Shown piece by piece: positions 23,814 to 34,554 of a stretch of DNA of 64,000 nt. The position numbers and the translations under genes are program-made. This stretch comes from Macrostomum lignano (taxonomy: Eukaryota): contig NIVC01002631.1 in the NCBI GenBank assembly GCA_002269645.1, positions 90,412-154,411 of the forward strand. The letters run 5' to 3'. Numbering within the stretch: position 1 is the first letter of the stretch; each line of letters opens with the position of its first letter. Under the pieces are notes generated by a model. That model searched no databases. It saw only the letters and a program-made list of their open reading frames with translations, and was not told the origin of the DNA.

Positions 23814-26800
23814 TCACCCCCCACCCAGGTGAACGAGAACGGCGAGACCGTGCTGTTCAGGGAGAAATTCACTGACTGGCCAGACAAACGCGGCCTCATT
23901 CTCGGCCAGCGTCCCGGCCGTCTGGACGCGTCGAACCGGCCACTGAGCCAGTCGCTGGCGCCCCCAGACTGGGATCTGATCCCCTGCCAGCCCGCCGATA
24001 TGCTGGCAGCTTGGCAGCGCAGACCGCCTGCCTGCCTGGAACTCGAAGGCTCCCGGCTGGGCCGCGGCGGCACCTGGACGGAGGTGACCGACGGTCTCAA
24101 GCGCTCTTTTCAGCTGGAGACTCTGTCCGTGCGCGCCTGGCTTGTGACGCCCGAGTTGGAGCGGCGCGAGCTGCCGGCCGAGTCAGCTGGGCAGCTGAAC
24201 ACCTGCGGCATCCGCCTGCTGCGATGGCAGTACCGTCTCATCTCCTTGACTGGCCGGTTAGGCGGCGGTGGCGGCGGCTCCGGCGGCCGGGACACCGGCA
24301 GGGACCGGTGCGCCTATTTCTACTGGCAGGGAGCCGGCGCCGGCCAGAGAGAGAAAGGCGCCGGGGCGCTGCTCACGGTGCAGCTGGACGAGGAGCGCTG
24401 CCCCCAGGTGCACGTAGCCGAGGGCAGCGAGCCGCCCGCGTTTGCTAGGATTTTCCAGGTAGTTGATCTCGTGTGCTCCGAAATCTGCACTACTACCCCC
24501 AATGTACACACCCGAATCTAAACCTCTACCACCAATGTACACACCCGAATCTAAACCTCTACCCCCAATGTACACACCCGAATCTAAACCTCTACCCCCA
24601 ATGTACACACCCGAATCTAAACCTCTACCACCAATGTACACACCCGAATCTAAACCTCTACCCCCAATGTACACACCCGAATCTAAACCTCTACCCCCAA
24701 TGTACACACTCGAATCTAAACCTCTACCCCCAATGTACACACCCGAATCTAAACCTCTACCACCAATGTACACACCCGAATCTAAACCTCTACTACCCCC
24801 AATGTACACCGAATCTAAACCTCTACCCCCAATATACACTGAATCTATACCTCTACCACCAATGTACACACCCGAATCTAAACCTCTACCACCAATGTAC
24901 ACACCCGAATCTAAACCTCTACCACCAATGTACACACCCGAATCTAAACCTCTACTACCCCCAATGTACACCGAATCTAAACCTCTACCCCCAATATACA
25001 CTGAATCTATACCTCTACCCCCAATGTACGCACCCGAATCTAAACCCCTACCCCCAATGTACACCGAATCTAAACCTCTACCCCCAATGTACACATCTGA
25101 ATCTAAACCTCTACCCCCAATGTACACATCTGAATCTAAACCTCTACCCCCAATGTACTCGCAACTTACCCAGGGCAGCTGCATCATCTACTCTGAAGGC
25201 AGCTCCGCTGACCGCAGCTCGGCCGGTCGCCTATTCTTAGTCCGCGGCCACCGCCTCGAGGAGTGCCTGCTGGTTGAGGTGCCTCGCAGTTCGGACTCGC
25301 TGCGGCCTCGCGGCTGCTACCTGCTGATGCTGCCCGATGGCCGGGGTCACCTGTGGCTTGGCTCGGCCACCGCCTCCTGGTACCGAGAGCTGGCCAGGCA
25401 GCGGGCTGAGAAATTCGCGGCCGGCACCCCAATGGAAATGGGCTTCGAGGGTCGGCCGGTGCCGCCAGACAGCTGGGCTACGGAGCGGCCTGGGGGAGAG
25501 TCCGGGGCGTTCCTGGCCGCTCTTGGGAGACCTGGCGCCCAGCTGGACATTCAACAGGACGGAGACGACGAAGTGAAAGACAAGGATGACCCGCCGCCTG
25601 TTCGAGTGTATAAGTTCGCGTCCTCGGCTAGAAGCAGTAGCGGAGCTGGCGGCGGCGGCGGCGGGGAGTTGCAGTTCAGCCTGGTGTCCGATCCATGGCA
25701 CGAGCCCGATAGGCCCAGCCCGTTCCCCTGCCAGCTGTCTGCTCTGCTTGCGCTGCCACAGCCAGCCAATGGTAGGCAGACACCCGCCAGCCCCCTCAGT
25801 GTACACTCGCTCAACCCCCCGCCAGCCACCCCTCAGTGTACACTCGCTCAACCCCCCGCCAGCCATCCCTCAGTGTACACTCGCTCAACCCCCCGCCAGC
25901 CACCCCTCAGTGTACACTCGCTCAACCCCCCGCCAGCCACCCCTCAGTGTACACTCGCTCAACCCCCCGCCAGCCAACCCTCAGTGTACACTCGCTCAAC
26001 CCCCCGCTAGCCACCCCTCAGTGTACACTCGCTCAACCTCCCAGTCACTGTACATTAATTCAAACCAACATTCCGCTCCTCCTTCAGCCTTCGTGCTGTT
26101 CGACGCAGGCAGCCGGCTGTTTCTGTGGCAGGGCTGGAATCCGAGCGAGGCGACGGCCGCGACAGCTGCTGCAGCATCGACCGCCACTTCGGCCGCAGAT
26201 GCGGAGGCCCAAGCTGCGGCGGGCCAAGCTGCGGCGGCCGCCATCAGCAGCCGGGTTGCCGGCTCATCGCTGACTCGATTTGAAGCAGAAAAGCGCGCAG
26301 TGCTGTCTACCGCCATTAATTATGGAAAAAGTTAGTCCCATATTTTCTAAAAGTTGCTGGGTTACTGTAAATACCTGGAAAATATCTTGCCAGATTCCCT
26401 CCTCCGAAAATGTTTATAAAAATAGCTACAGAAACCCCGACTAAGATATCCCTCCTCCGACGGTGTTTCTAAAAATAGCTACACAAACCTCGATTAGGGT
26501 ATCCCTCCTCTTACAGTGTTTCTAAAAATAGCTACACAAACCCCGATTAGGGTATCCCTCCTCCGACAGTGTTTCTAAAAATAGCTACACAAACCCCATT
26601 AGGATATCCCTCCTCCGACAGTGTTTATAAAAATAGCTACACAAACCCCATTAGGATATCCCTCCTCCGGCAGTGTTTCTAAAAATAGCTACACAAACCT
26701 CGATTAGGGTATCCCTCCGCCAACAGTGTTTCTAAAAATAGCTACACAAACCCCATTAGGGTATCCCTCCTCCGACAGTGTTTCTAAAAATAGCTACACA

Positions 26801-27163
26801 AACCCAATTATTCCTCTCCCAGTGCTGGGAATCCCCGCCAACCGTCAGCTGTTGGTATTCGCCGGCTCCGAGCCGCTCGCATTTCGGCACCTGTTTCCCA
26901 GCTGGGAGCCGGACCTGGGCACTGGGGCGCCGCGCCACCCGGCCCAAGAGTTGCAGTTGGTGCACGAGCGGCTTAACAATCTGAGCTTCACTCTGGAGCG
27001 GCTGCAGCAGCGCCCGCTGCCCGAAGGCGTGGACCCCGGCCGTCTGGAGGTCTACCTAGACGATGCAGAGTTCGCCAGCGCTTTCAGCATGACCCGGCAC
27101 GAATTCGCCGGGCTGAACGACTGGCGGAGGCTGGAGATGAAGAAAGCGCTGGGTCTGTATTAA
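6137..27163 (+). CDS. SVIL: Supervillin-like gelsolin/villin-family protein, 14 coding exons, about 1769 aa
   Basis: Exons with GT/AG boundaries and consistent phase: 6137-7257, 7484-7622, 8880-8970, 9423-9684, 12481-12768, 13542-13905, 14747-14913, 20149-20372, 21056-21580, 22673-22989, 23829-24458, 25174-25771, 26088-26330, 26823-27163 (5310 nt, divisible by 3). Supervillin-type motifs [57 protein letters not shown]; gelsolin-like repeats; C-terminal villin headpiece. The first 7 exons and the start codon are less certain than the gelsolin exons. Confidence 0.85.
6334..6450 (+). repeat. Coding 51-bp (17-aa) tandem repeat in supervillin exon 1
   Basis: AAGACCTCA recurs at 6334, 6385 and 6436; peptide [16 protein letters not shown]. 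Confidence 0.8.
8072..8745 (+). repeat. 57-bp minisatellite, about 12 copies (SVIL intron 2)
   Basis: Unit CCAATCAATTAATCAATGCACCCACTCTCTATACCCCTCAATGTACACACGCCTTGA. Confidence 0.92.
9810..11455 (+). repeat. 27-bp minisatellite, about 60 copies (SVIL intron 4)
   Basis: Unit GAGAATCCAGGTGTCTCAAATCTCTAT. It explains the 524-aa and 556-aa repetitive ORFs. Confidence 0.96.
11935..12390 (+). repeat. 30-bp minisatellite (19+11 sub-units), about 15 copies (SVIL intron 4)
   Basis: Unit TGACCCATGTAGCTTTCTA-TGACCCATGCT. Confidence 0.92.
12798..13400 (+). repeat. 23-bp minisatellite, about 26 copies, each with TGACTCA (SVIL intron 5)
   Basis: Unit CTGACTCATTAGTTTAT(C/G)ACTG(C/T). Confidence 0.95.
13955..14675 (+). 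repeat. 30-bp minisatellite (11+19 sub-units), about 24 copies (SVIL intron 6)
   Basis: Unit TGACCCAGATC-CGACCCATTCGACTTTCAT. Confidence 0.93.
14940..15354 (+). repeat. Hexamer-based array (TCACTG/TCACTC/TCATTG/TCACCC), left part, SVIL intron 7
   Basis: Approximately 24-bp unit CTCACTGTCACTCTCATTGTCACC; resumes at 19936 after the LTR insertion. Confidence 0.9.
15355..15568 (+). repeat. 5' LTR of element B
   Basis: TGTAATTGCC...GACTTTACA; identical to 19722-19935. Confidence 0.96.
15570..15583 (+). promoter_or_regulatory. Primer-binding site of element B
   Basis: TGGCGTCGCAAGCA, the same 14 nt as the PBS of element A. Confidence 0.8.
15606..16504 (+). CDS. gag: gag of element B (one 1-nt frameshift near 15981)
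   Basis: [13 protein letters not shown]...WNKWSDHF...LIRDQIV...CYRCG...[14 protein letters not shown] zinc knuckle. Confidence 0.88.
16440..19546 (+). CDS. pol: pol of element B (PR, RT, RNase H, INT), split at an A6 run near 17783
   Basis: LVDSGAS (protease), WAHDDITV (RT), [15 protein letters not shown] (RNase H), AHAGH...CFPC, GMDFYGP / SDNGPPF / NGATER (integrase). Confidence 0.93.
19722..19935 (+). repeat. 3' LTR of element B
   Basis: Identical to the 5' LTR; preceded by the PPT. Confidence 0.96.
19936..20140 (+). repeat. Right part of the SVIL intron 7 hexamer array
   Basis: Same CTCACTGTCACTCTCATTGTCACC units as 14940-15354; runs almost to the acceptor at 20148. Confidence 0.9.
20440..20990 (+). 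repeat. 15-bp polypyrimidine minisatellite (SVIL intron 8)
   Basis: Unit CTACCCTCCTGTCTC. Confidence 0.93.
21588..22090 (+). repeat. 23-bp minisatellite, about 21 copies (SVIL intron 9, 5' half)
   Basis: Unit CACATTGTCACTCTCGTATATGT; starts about 7 nt after the donor. Confidence 0.95.
22115..22660 (+). repeat. 24-bp minisatellite, about 22 copies (SVIL intron 9, 3' half)
   Basis: Unit CCCATTGTCACACTCAACAGAGCT. Confidence 0.95.
23128..23812 (+). repeat. (ATCT/ATCC)n microsatellite (SVIL intron 10)
   Basis: About 680 bp of TATC/CATC tetramers. Confidence 0.97.
24490..25160 (+). repeat. 33-bp minisatellite, about 20 copies (SVIL intron 11)
   Basis: Unit CCCCAATGTACACACCCGAATCTAAACCTCTAC. Confidence 0.95.
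25783..26045 (+). repeat. 37-bp minisatellite, about 7 copies (SVIL intron 12)
   Basis: Unit CCCCCGCCAGCCACCCCTCAGTGTACACTCGCTCAAC. Confidence 0.92.
26395..26805 (+). repeat. 53-bp minisatellite, about 8 copies (SVIL intron 13)
   Basis: ATAGCTAC recurs at 26422, 26475, 26528 and onward; unit TATCCCTCCTCCGACAGTGTTTCTAAAAATAGCTACACAAACCCCATTAGG plus 1-2 nt. Confidence 0.9.
26823..27163 (+). CDS. SVIL: Last exon of the supervillin-like gene: end of gelsolin repeat plus villin headpiece
   Basis: [15 protein letters not shown]...[49 protein letters not shown]-stop. Confidence 0.93.
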
Positions 27164-27465
27164 TGAAAACTCGTGCCCCCCCCCCCCCACGGGTATTAGA
27201 ACTCGGAAACAATCAATATTTTATACACGCTGTACTTGGCGCTTCCAATATTGCGAGACAAACATGTTTAACGTAAAAAATTACTGTGTGCCTTATATTT
27301 ATATTTGTGTGTTTGTTGCTGGGCCGTTTGCAAGCTACACCCACCTGTGCTGTGCTGCCATTTTTATAAAAATGTAACTCTTATATCAACGGTTTTTTTT
27401 CAAATTTGTCCTTTGCCAAACATTAATCACTTCTGGTCTTATTGATAGCGAAGTTTCCGAACCCA

Positions 27466-29450
27466 CTACTGACCAATCACTCCCCTCAGTGTACACCCAC
27501 TACTGACCAATCACTCCCCTCAGTGTACACCCGCTACTGACTAATCACTCCCCTCAGTGTACACCCCACTGACCAATCACTCCCCTCAGTGTACACCCGC
27601 TACTGACCAATCACTCCCCTCAGTGTACACCCCCACTGACCAATCACTCCCTTCAGTGTACACCCCCACTGACCAATCACTCCCCTCAGTGTACACCCCC
27701 ACTGACCAATCACTCCCCTCAGTGTACACCCCCACTGACCAATCACTCCCCTCAGTGTACACCCCCACTGACGAATCACTCCCCTCAGTGTACACCCGCT
27801 ACTGACCAATCACTCCCCTCAGTGTACACCCCACTGACCAATCACTCTCCTCAGTGTACACCCGCTTCTGACCAATCACTCTCCTCAGTGTACACCCGCT
27901 ACTGACCAATCACTCCCTTCAGTGTACACCCCCACTGACCAATCACTCCCCTCAGTGTACACCCCCACTGACCAATCACTCCCCTCAGTGTACACCCCCA
28001 CTGACCAATCACTCCCCTCAGTGTACACCCCCACTGACCAATCACTCCCCTCAGTGTACACCCGCTACTGACCAATCACTCCCCTCAGTGTACACCCCAC
28101 TGACCAATCACTCTCCTCAGTGTACACCCGCTTCTGACCAATCACTCTCCTCAGTGTACACCCGCTTCTGACCAATCACTCTCCTCAGTGTACACCCGCT
28201 TCTGACCAATCACTCCCCTCAGTGTACACCCGCTTCTGACCAATCACTCTCCTCAGTGTACACCCGCTTCTGACCAATCACTCTCCTCAGTGTACACCCG
28301 CTACTGACCAATCACTCCCTTCAGTGTACACCCCCACTGACCAATCACTCCCCTCAGTGTACACCCCACTGACCAATCACTCCCCTCAGTGTACACCCCC
28401 ACTGACCAATCACTCCCCTCAGTGTACACCCCCACTGACCAATCACTCCCCTCAGTGTACACCCGCTACTGACCAATCACTCCCCTCAGTGTACACCCCA
28501 CTGACCAATCACTCTCCTCAGTGTACACCCGCTTCTGACCAATCACTCTCCTCAGTGTACACCCGCTTCTGACCAATCACTCTCCTCAGTGTACACCCGC
28601 TTCTGACCAATCACTCCCCTCAGTGTACACCCGCTTCTGACCAATCACTCTCCTCAGTGTACACCCGCTACTGACCAATCACTCCCCTCAGTGTACACCC
28701 GCTTCTGACCAATCACTCTCCTCAGTGTACACCCGCTACTGACCAATCACTCCCCTCAGTGTACACCCCGACTGACCAATCACTCCCCTCAGTGTACACC
28801 CACTACTGACCAATCACTCTCCTCAGTGTACACCCCCACTGACCAATCACTCCCCTCAGTGTACACCCCCACTGACCAATCACTCCCCTCAGTGTACACC
28901 CCACTGACCAATCACTCCCCTCAGTGTACACCCCCACTGACCAATCACTCCCCTCAGTGTACACCCCATTGACCAATCACTCCCCTCAGTGTACACCCCC
29001 ACTGACCAATCACTCCCCTTAGTGTACACCCCCACTGACCAATCACTCCCCTCAGTGTACACCCCACTGACCAATCACTCCCCTCAGTGTACACCCCACT
29101 GACCAATCACTCCCCTCAGTGTACACCCGCTACTGACCAATCACTCCCCTCAGTGTACACCCCTCGCTGACCAATCACTCCCCTCAGTGTACACCCCTCG
29201 CTGACCAATCACTCCCCTCAGTGTACACCCCACTGACCAATCACTCCCCTCAGTGTACACCCCACTGACCAATCACTCCCCTCAGTGTACACCCCGACTG
29301 ACCAATCACTCCCCTCAGTGTACACCCGCTACTGACCAATCACTCCCCTCAGTGTACACCCCTCGCTGACCAATCACTCCCCTCAGTGTACACCCCTTGC
29401 TGACCAATCACTCCCCTCAGTGTACACCCCTCTGACTAATCACTCCCCCC
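27466..29450 (+). repeat. 33-35-bp minisatellite, about 2 kb, downstream of SVIL
   Basis: Unit ACTGACCAATCACTCCCCTCAGTGTACACCCC(C/GCT). Confidence 0.96.
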
Positions 29451-29864
29451 ACTGTAGCACAATGTTAATCACACTTCTTCTGCTCTACCATTTTGTACAC
29501 CGGCAAGTTTTTAAACTTGTTTTTATCGAACTTCCTGAACCAGCTGTCTTCTTCAAGTTAAAATTGATGTTTCGATTGGAGTTCGGCGTCGCTTCTCTTC
29601 AACTATCCGATCCCATAAAGCTTTCGCGCGCTCAAGCAATTCATGAATTTATTATTCTGATTATTAATAATTATCGCTGCACTGTAATCGGGAATTGTAA
29701 ATATAAGCTCGCTTGCATGACCCTCTGTAGCCCATACTAAGCTTGATACTTTTAATCAACAAAAACGTCTCCGAAGTTCACTTTGTTTATAACGTTTATA
29801 TTTTATACATTTGTCCGCTAAGGTATCGGAGTATGGGATACAAATTGTGTCTAAGAGACACGAG

Positions 29865-30350
29865 AGATTATAGGGGGTGAGATAGAGGGTGGGAAGAGAT
29901 TAGAGGGGGTGAGATAGAGGGTGATAAGAGATTAGAGGGGGTGAGATAGACGGTGGGAAGAGATTATATGAGGTGAGATAGAGGATGGAAAGAGATTATA
30001 TGAGGTGGGATAGAGGGTGGGAAGAGATTATATGAGGTGAGATAGAGGATGGGAAGAGATTATATGAGGTGAGATAGAGGGTGGGAAGAGATTATATGAG
30101 GTGAGATACAGGATGGGAAGAGATTATATGAGGTGGGATAGAGGGTGGAAAGAGATTAGAGGGGGATAGAGGGTGGGAAGAGATTAGAGGGGGATAGAGG
30201 GTGGGAAGAGATTAGAGGGGGATAGAGGGTGGGAAGAGATTAGAGGGGGATAGAGGGTGGGAAGAGATTAGAGGGGGATAGAGGGTGGGAAGAGATTAGA
30301 GGGGGGATAGAGGGTGGGAAGAGATTAGAGGGGGATAGAGGGTGGGTTTA
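29865..30350 (+). repeat. Purine-rich 25-27-bp minisatellite
   Basis: Unit GGGATAGAGGGTGGGAAGAGATTAGAG; lies just 3' of the minus-strand membrane gene. Confidence 0.92.
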
Positions 30351-30467
30351 CAACAAACAATCATCAGAGTATTCGGTAACAAGATCTGGTTAAACAGTGT
30401 TTATCAGTGCAAGGAACATTAAAAATAAGCAGTCAGATTTGATTACAACCGTCAGGCCCCTCCCTGC

Positions 30468-32352
30468 TCAGCTGACATAGGACTCATCCTGTGATGGCAC
30501 CAGCTTCACCTTGGGCACCTTGGTGATAGCGATATTGGAATAATATCTAGCCAGAGTGTGAAAACAGAAGTTAAGGCACTGCATAGTGGCGCAGATTAGG
30601 CTAAAGTACACCAAATCCGATGAAAGATCCACGTCTGTCGTGGGCAGGCCGGCATTCTCCAGCTGATTGGCCATGTGCCTGGTGTTGTATTCCACATTTT
30701 TTATGGCGATGAGGAGTCTATGAAACAGAACGATCACCAGAGCCTGAGGAGGGGTTGAGATTTTAGTAATGAAATATTGCTCTTTCCAAATATCAAAAAT
30801 GAGACAAACACTTGTGGGAATCTCTCTCGTGTGAGTCACTCCTGTGTGTGTGTGAGTCCCTCCTGTGTGAGTAACTCCTATGGGAGGCATTCTTGTGTGA
30901 GTCATTCCTATGGGAGTCACTCCTGTGTAAGTCACTCCTGTGGGAGTCACTCCTGTGTGAGTCACTCCTGTGGGGTATCACTCCTGTGGGAGGCATTCTT
31001 GTGTGAGTCACTCCTTGACTCCCAGATTCCTGTGGGGAATCACTCCTGTGTGAGTCACTCCTGTGTAAGTCACTCCTGTGTGAGTCACTCCTATGGGAAT
31101 CACTCCTGTGTGAGTCACTCCTGTGGGGAATCACTCCTGTGTGAGTCACTCCTGTGTAAGTCACTCCTGTGTGAGTCACTCCTATGGGAATCACTCCTGT
31201 GTGAGTCACTCCTGTGGGGAATCACTCCTGTGTGAGTCACTCCTATGGGAATCATTCCTGTGTGAGTCACTCCTATGGGAATCATTCCTGTGTGAGTCAC
31301 TCCTGTGGGGAATCACTCCTGTGTGAGTCACTCCTATGGGAATCACTCCTGTGTGAGTCACTCCTGTCTGAGTCACTCCTGTGTGAGTCACTACTGTGTG
31401 AGTCACTCCTATGGGAATCCTGTGTGAGTCACTCCTATGGGAATCACTCCTGTGTGAGTCACTCCCGCAGGATAAACCCCACTCAAAGACCCACTCCAAC
31501 CTGCATCACCAGCACCAGCTTGGAGAAGAAGCAGACCCGCTGCAGAGCGGCCACGCCCTCCAGACCGATGGTGATGCGAGCCCGCATCTGCTCCGGCGAC
31601 AGGCGCCGGTCTCTTTCGTCGGCAAAGTCGTCGATTCGTTTGAACAGAACCTCAGTTGCTGCGATGTACAGCTGGGCTATGGAGGCGACCACGTAGACGA
31701 TGCAGCTGTAATAGACGCTGGACCAGGCATCTCTCAGCGCGTTGAATTCTTGAAAACAGTGCGGCACCATGCCGGTGTCGATGCGGGGGCCTTTATGCAG
31801 GTAGAAGCCCGGGTCATCGGCTGCAACGTGAAAGATTGGACATCAATACTTCCGTGCGCTCAAAATGACAATGACTTCTTGCCCCCTCTCTAGCTGCGGA
31901 TCAGCTGATTTAGATGAACTAACTGACTAACTAACTAACTGACTAACTAATTCCCGACTCTTTTAGCCCAACTTATTAAAGTTTTACCATTGATATCTCA
32001 CCGGAGTGCAGAGTCTGGCGGCCCTGCAGCAGCTCAGTCAAGATGTACACAATATTGTTAGTCAGACTCTCCCAGCTGCGCTGTAGATTTGAATTATTGA
32101 ACAGGCTGACAACAAATCCCTGATCGGCCTTGTCAGAATAGAAAGTGATTTGCGACTGTATGATGAACAGGGAGACCACTGTAGTCACGCTGTACTCAAT
32201 GCTAGTAATGTTGTCCTCTTTGTAGAATTTCACAAAGTCTGCGGTGAATTTCCCGTCCAGAGGCCGGATGACGCGGAAGTAGAGAAATCCGTTGAATGTG
32301 GCCCACAGCATCATGACGAGGTTGGCCAGCATCAGCAGCAGGCACACGCAGC
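30468..32352 (-). CDS. Uncharacterised multi-pass membrane protein (last three exons; 5' end unresolved)
   Basis: Phase-consistent exons 32352-32002, 31820-31501 and 30743-30468 (stop) with GT/AG boundaries. About 315 aa with four hydrophobic segments (CLLLMLANLVMMLWATFNGFLYF; SVYYSCIVYVVASIAQLYIAATEVLF; FFSKLVLVMQALVIVLF; LVYFSLICATMQCLNFCF). Confidence 0.65.
30815..31465 (+). repeat. 15/30-bp minisatellite with about 20 TGAGTCA heptamers (intron of the membrane gene)
   Basis: Unit GTGAGTCACTCCTGT alternating with GGGAATCACTCCTGT. Confidence 0.93.
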
Positions 32353-33565
32353 CTTGGAGTTGTAGAAACAAGCGAAACTCGGGTCAATAATAGTGCAAAT
32401 AAGTCTTCAAGGCCAGCCCCCAAGGTTAGAAAGTCAGGGCCGCTGTACATGTACACCCTGTGTGAGTGTGCGTGCCTGCGAACAGTATTTGCGCACTTGT
32501 ACATGCGCTCAGCAGTCTGCAGAGCGGGCGGGAAGAATTGCCGTCAGCGTTGGTTATGAGACAATGTCGCCGAAGACATTGCGTTAGGGAAACCCACAGC
32601 CCTCGTGCAAATATTTTATAACCATAAATTTGTTTTCGTTTTCATAAATCGCTGCGCGCCGCCTTCAACATCGGCGTCGAGCGAGTCAACAAGGCGGCAC
32701 TCTATCGCCGCGCTGGCCTGCCACGTCCAAGTGATCTACTGCGCCGTCGGCGACTCCAGCTCGCAGGCCATCTCATCCGCGCCGAGTCGTACTGCCCACA
32801 GCCGGTGCAGGAGGTGCTGCTGCTCACGCTGCAGGCACCCTACCGGCGAGGTCAAGTGCGAACTCGGCGTTACGTCGACTGTCTGCTGGCTGACGCCAGC
32901 GCCCCGGACACTGCCGGTGGCGTGGCCTTTGTTCGCGCCCAAGTCATGAAGCGCGCCCTGTGACGCTGACTTTTGTCATCCTGACAGCGTATTTTGTTGT
33001 TGTTGTTTCCTTTTCTACGAAATAGGTCGGTTATAAATTTTCCGCATTGTAACAAATACGAGATTCTGGCTTTAACTTCGGAACTTCAGAACCAGAAAAT
33101 TTCACATTGTCGAAAATATTAGTCGTTGTTGCAGTTTTATGATGCTGATTTCAAATTTAAGCCTCATTTTTATGTAGCTTCAACCCGAGTACATGATGTA
33201 GTTTAAAGCCAACAAACAGGGCATGGGGAATGGGAGTTTTTAGGGTGGGCAGATTTTGCATGGGGATTGATTTAATCTACCCAAACTTCAATAGAAGTAT
33301 GGGGATCCCTATTCTGAAATTATTAACAATTCTTTACTTTAATATCTTGATTCTTGGAAGTATGTTCAGTAATAGTTTGTTTGTAAAAACATGTTCAACA
33401 ATTGTGAATGGATAATTTGCAGAAATAATTTGCATCGAATTCTCTTTGGAAACCGCCGCCTCCATTTTGTGCTAAGCTGACATCTCCTTTCAAGCTTGTG
33501 AAACGATTGTGTCCGCACCGCATCCCCGAGTCAAGGACCTCCGATGCAGCCTCACTAACACTCAC

Positions 33566-34244
33566 CGATCCACGCTCCCGGGTCCATGTCCTTGACGCGT
33601 CCCTCCACCCGACGGCCGAGGGTGCCGATGACCACACCGCTGGGCGCCAGCACAATCGCGTCGATGAGGGAGCGCTGAGTCTGGAACGAATTGATCAATC
33701 GATCGTTCCACGCCCTCTCATCCGGCGTCATAATCGGAGGCCTCTCGCCTTTCGACGAGGCCGAAGCTCCGGCCGCGGCAGCTGCCGCCGCAGCCTGCGC
33801 AGCAGAACCTGACGCGCCCGTTCCTGTTGACGCCGCCGCCGTCCCTGTCGCCGCACCAGCAGCCGCTCCAGCGCCGGTTGTCAACTGTTGATCCACGTCG
33901 TCTTGTGCGGCGCCTCCGCCTCCTCCGCCTACTCCACCAGCCCCGCCGCCGCCGTTGACACCGCTGCCACCACTGGCTGAACGTCCACGAAAGGCCAGGT
34001 GGTCTTCGGCGTTGGCGGCCGCTGCTCCTCCGGCTGTGCCAGCAGCCGCTGAGAGGCCACCGCTTGCTGAGCCGCTACCGGAGCTGCCTCCGCCGCTGCC
34101 GCTGCCGTCGCCGCCGCCGCCTCCAGAAGATGAGGAATCGGCCTTGCGCAGGCCAGGAACCCTGTCCAAAGGGTCATGAGGGATGTTCGACTTGGTGAAG
34201 AACACGTACGGCAGCGGAATCTCCTGGTTGGCTGGACTGTTCAT
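33566..34244 (-). CDS. Gly/Ala/Ser-rich orphan first exon (protein unknown)
   Basis: 226-codon open frame from ATG 34244, GC-rich, ending at a consensus donor ATCG/GTGAGT (33565). Non-repetitive segments IPLPYVFFTKSNIPHDP and WNDRLINSFQTQRSLIDAIVLAPSGVVIGT. The downstream exon is not resolved. Confidence 0.6.
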
Positions 34245-34554
34245 CAGTTTCTATGTAGAGGTAATTTAATTAAACTTGCATATGTTCAAGAAGAGCCAGT
34301 TTTGTTAACGGGTAAATTTTGCGCTCTACTTTTACTTAGAGTCAGAAATGACTCGTAGAATGACGAAGTTGTCTATGGCTCAGAGCGACCTCATCATTTT
34401 ATTGATTAATTACTTAAAGTACACGTGTCATGTCTAACTGGAACTCTGCGAGTTAGGGAGGATTTATTCAGAAACATTACACTGCACAATGTGCACATAC
34501 TAAACAATCGTAGAGTCACTAGACTGGATGGTTGAGTGACGGCTAAAAGGGTGG

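Noticed and set aside
19892-25187. Numerous long low-complexity ORFs ([31 protein letters not shown])
   Set aside because: All coincide with intronic arrays; only the flanking exon segments resemble supervillin.
27466-29450. Regularly spaced repeats superficially like a CRISPR array
   Set aside because: Units are contiguous with no unique spacers, there are no cas genes, and the context is eukaryotic. The same applies to all other arrays in the window.
31821-31900. Apparent in-frame TGA (RKY*CPIF) suggesting selenocysteine or read-through in the membrane gene
   Set aside because: A strong acceptor (TCTTTCACGTTGCAG) downstream of the TGA gives the correct phase, so the TGA is intronic.
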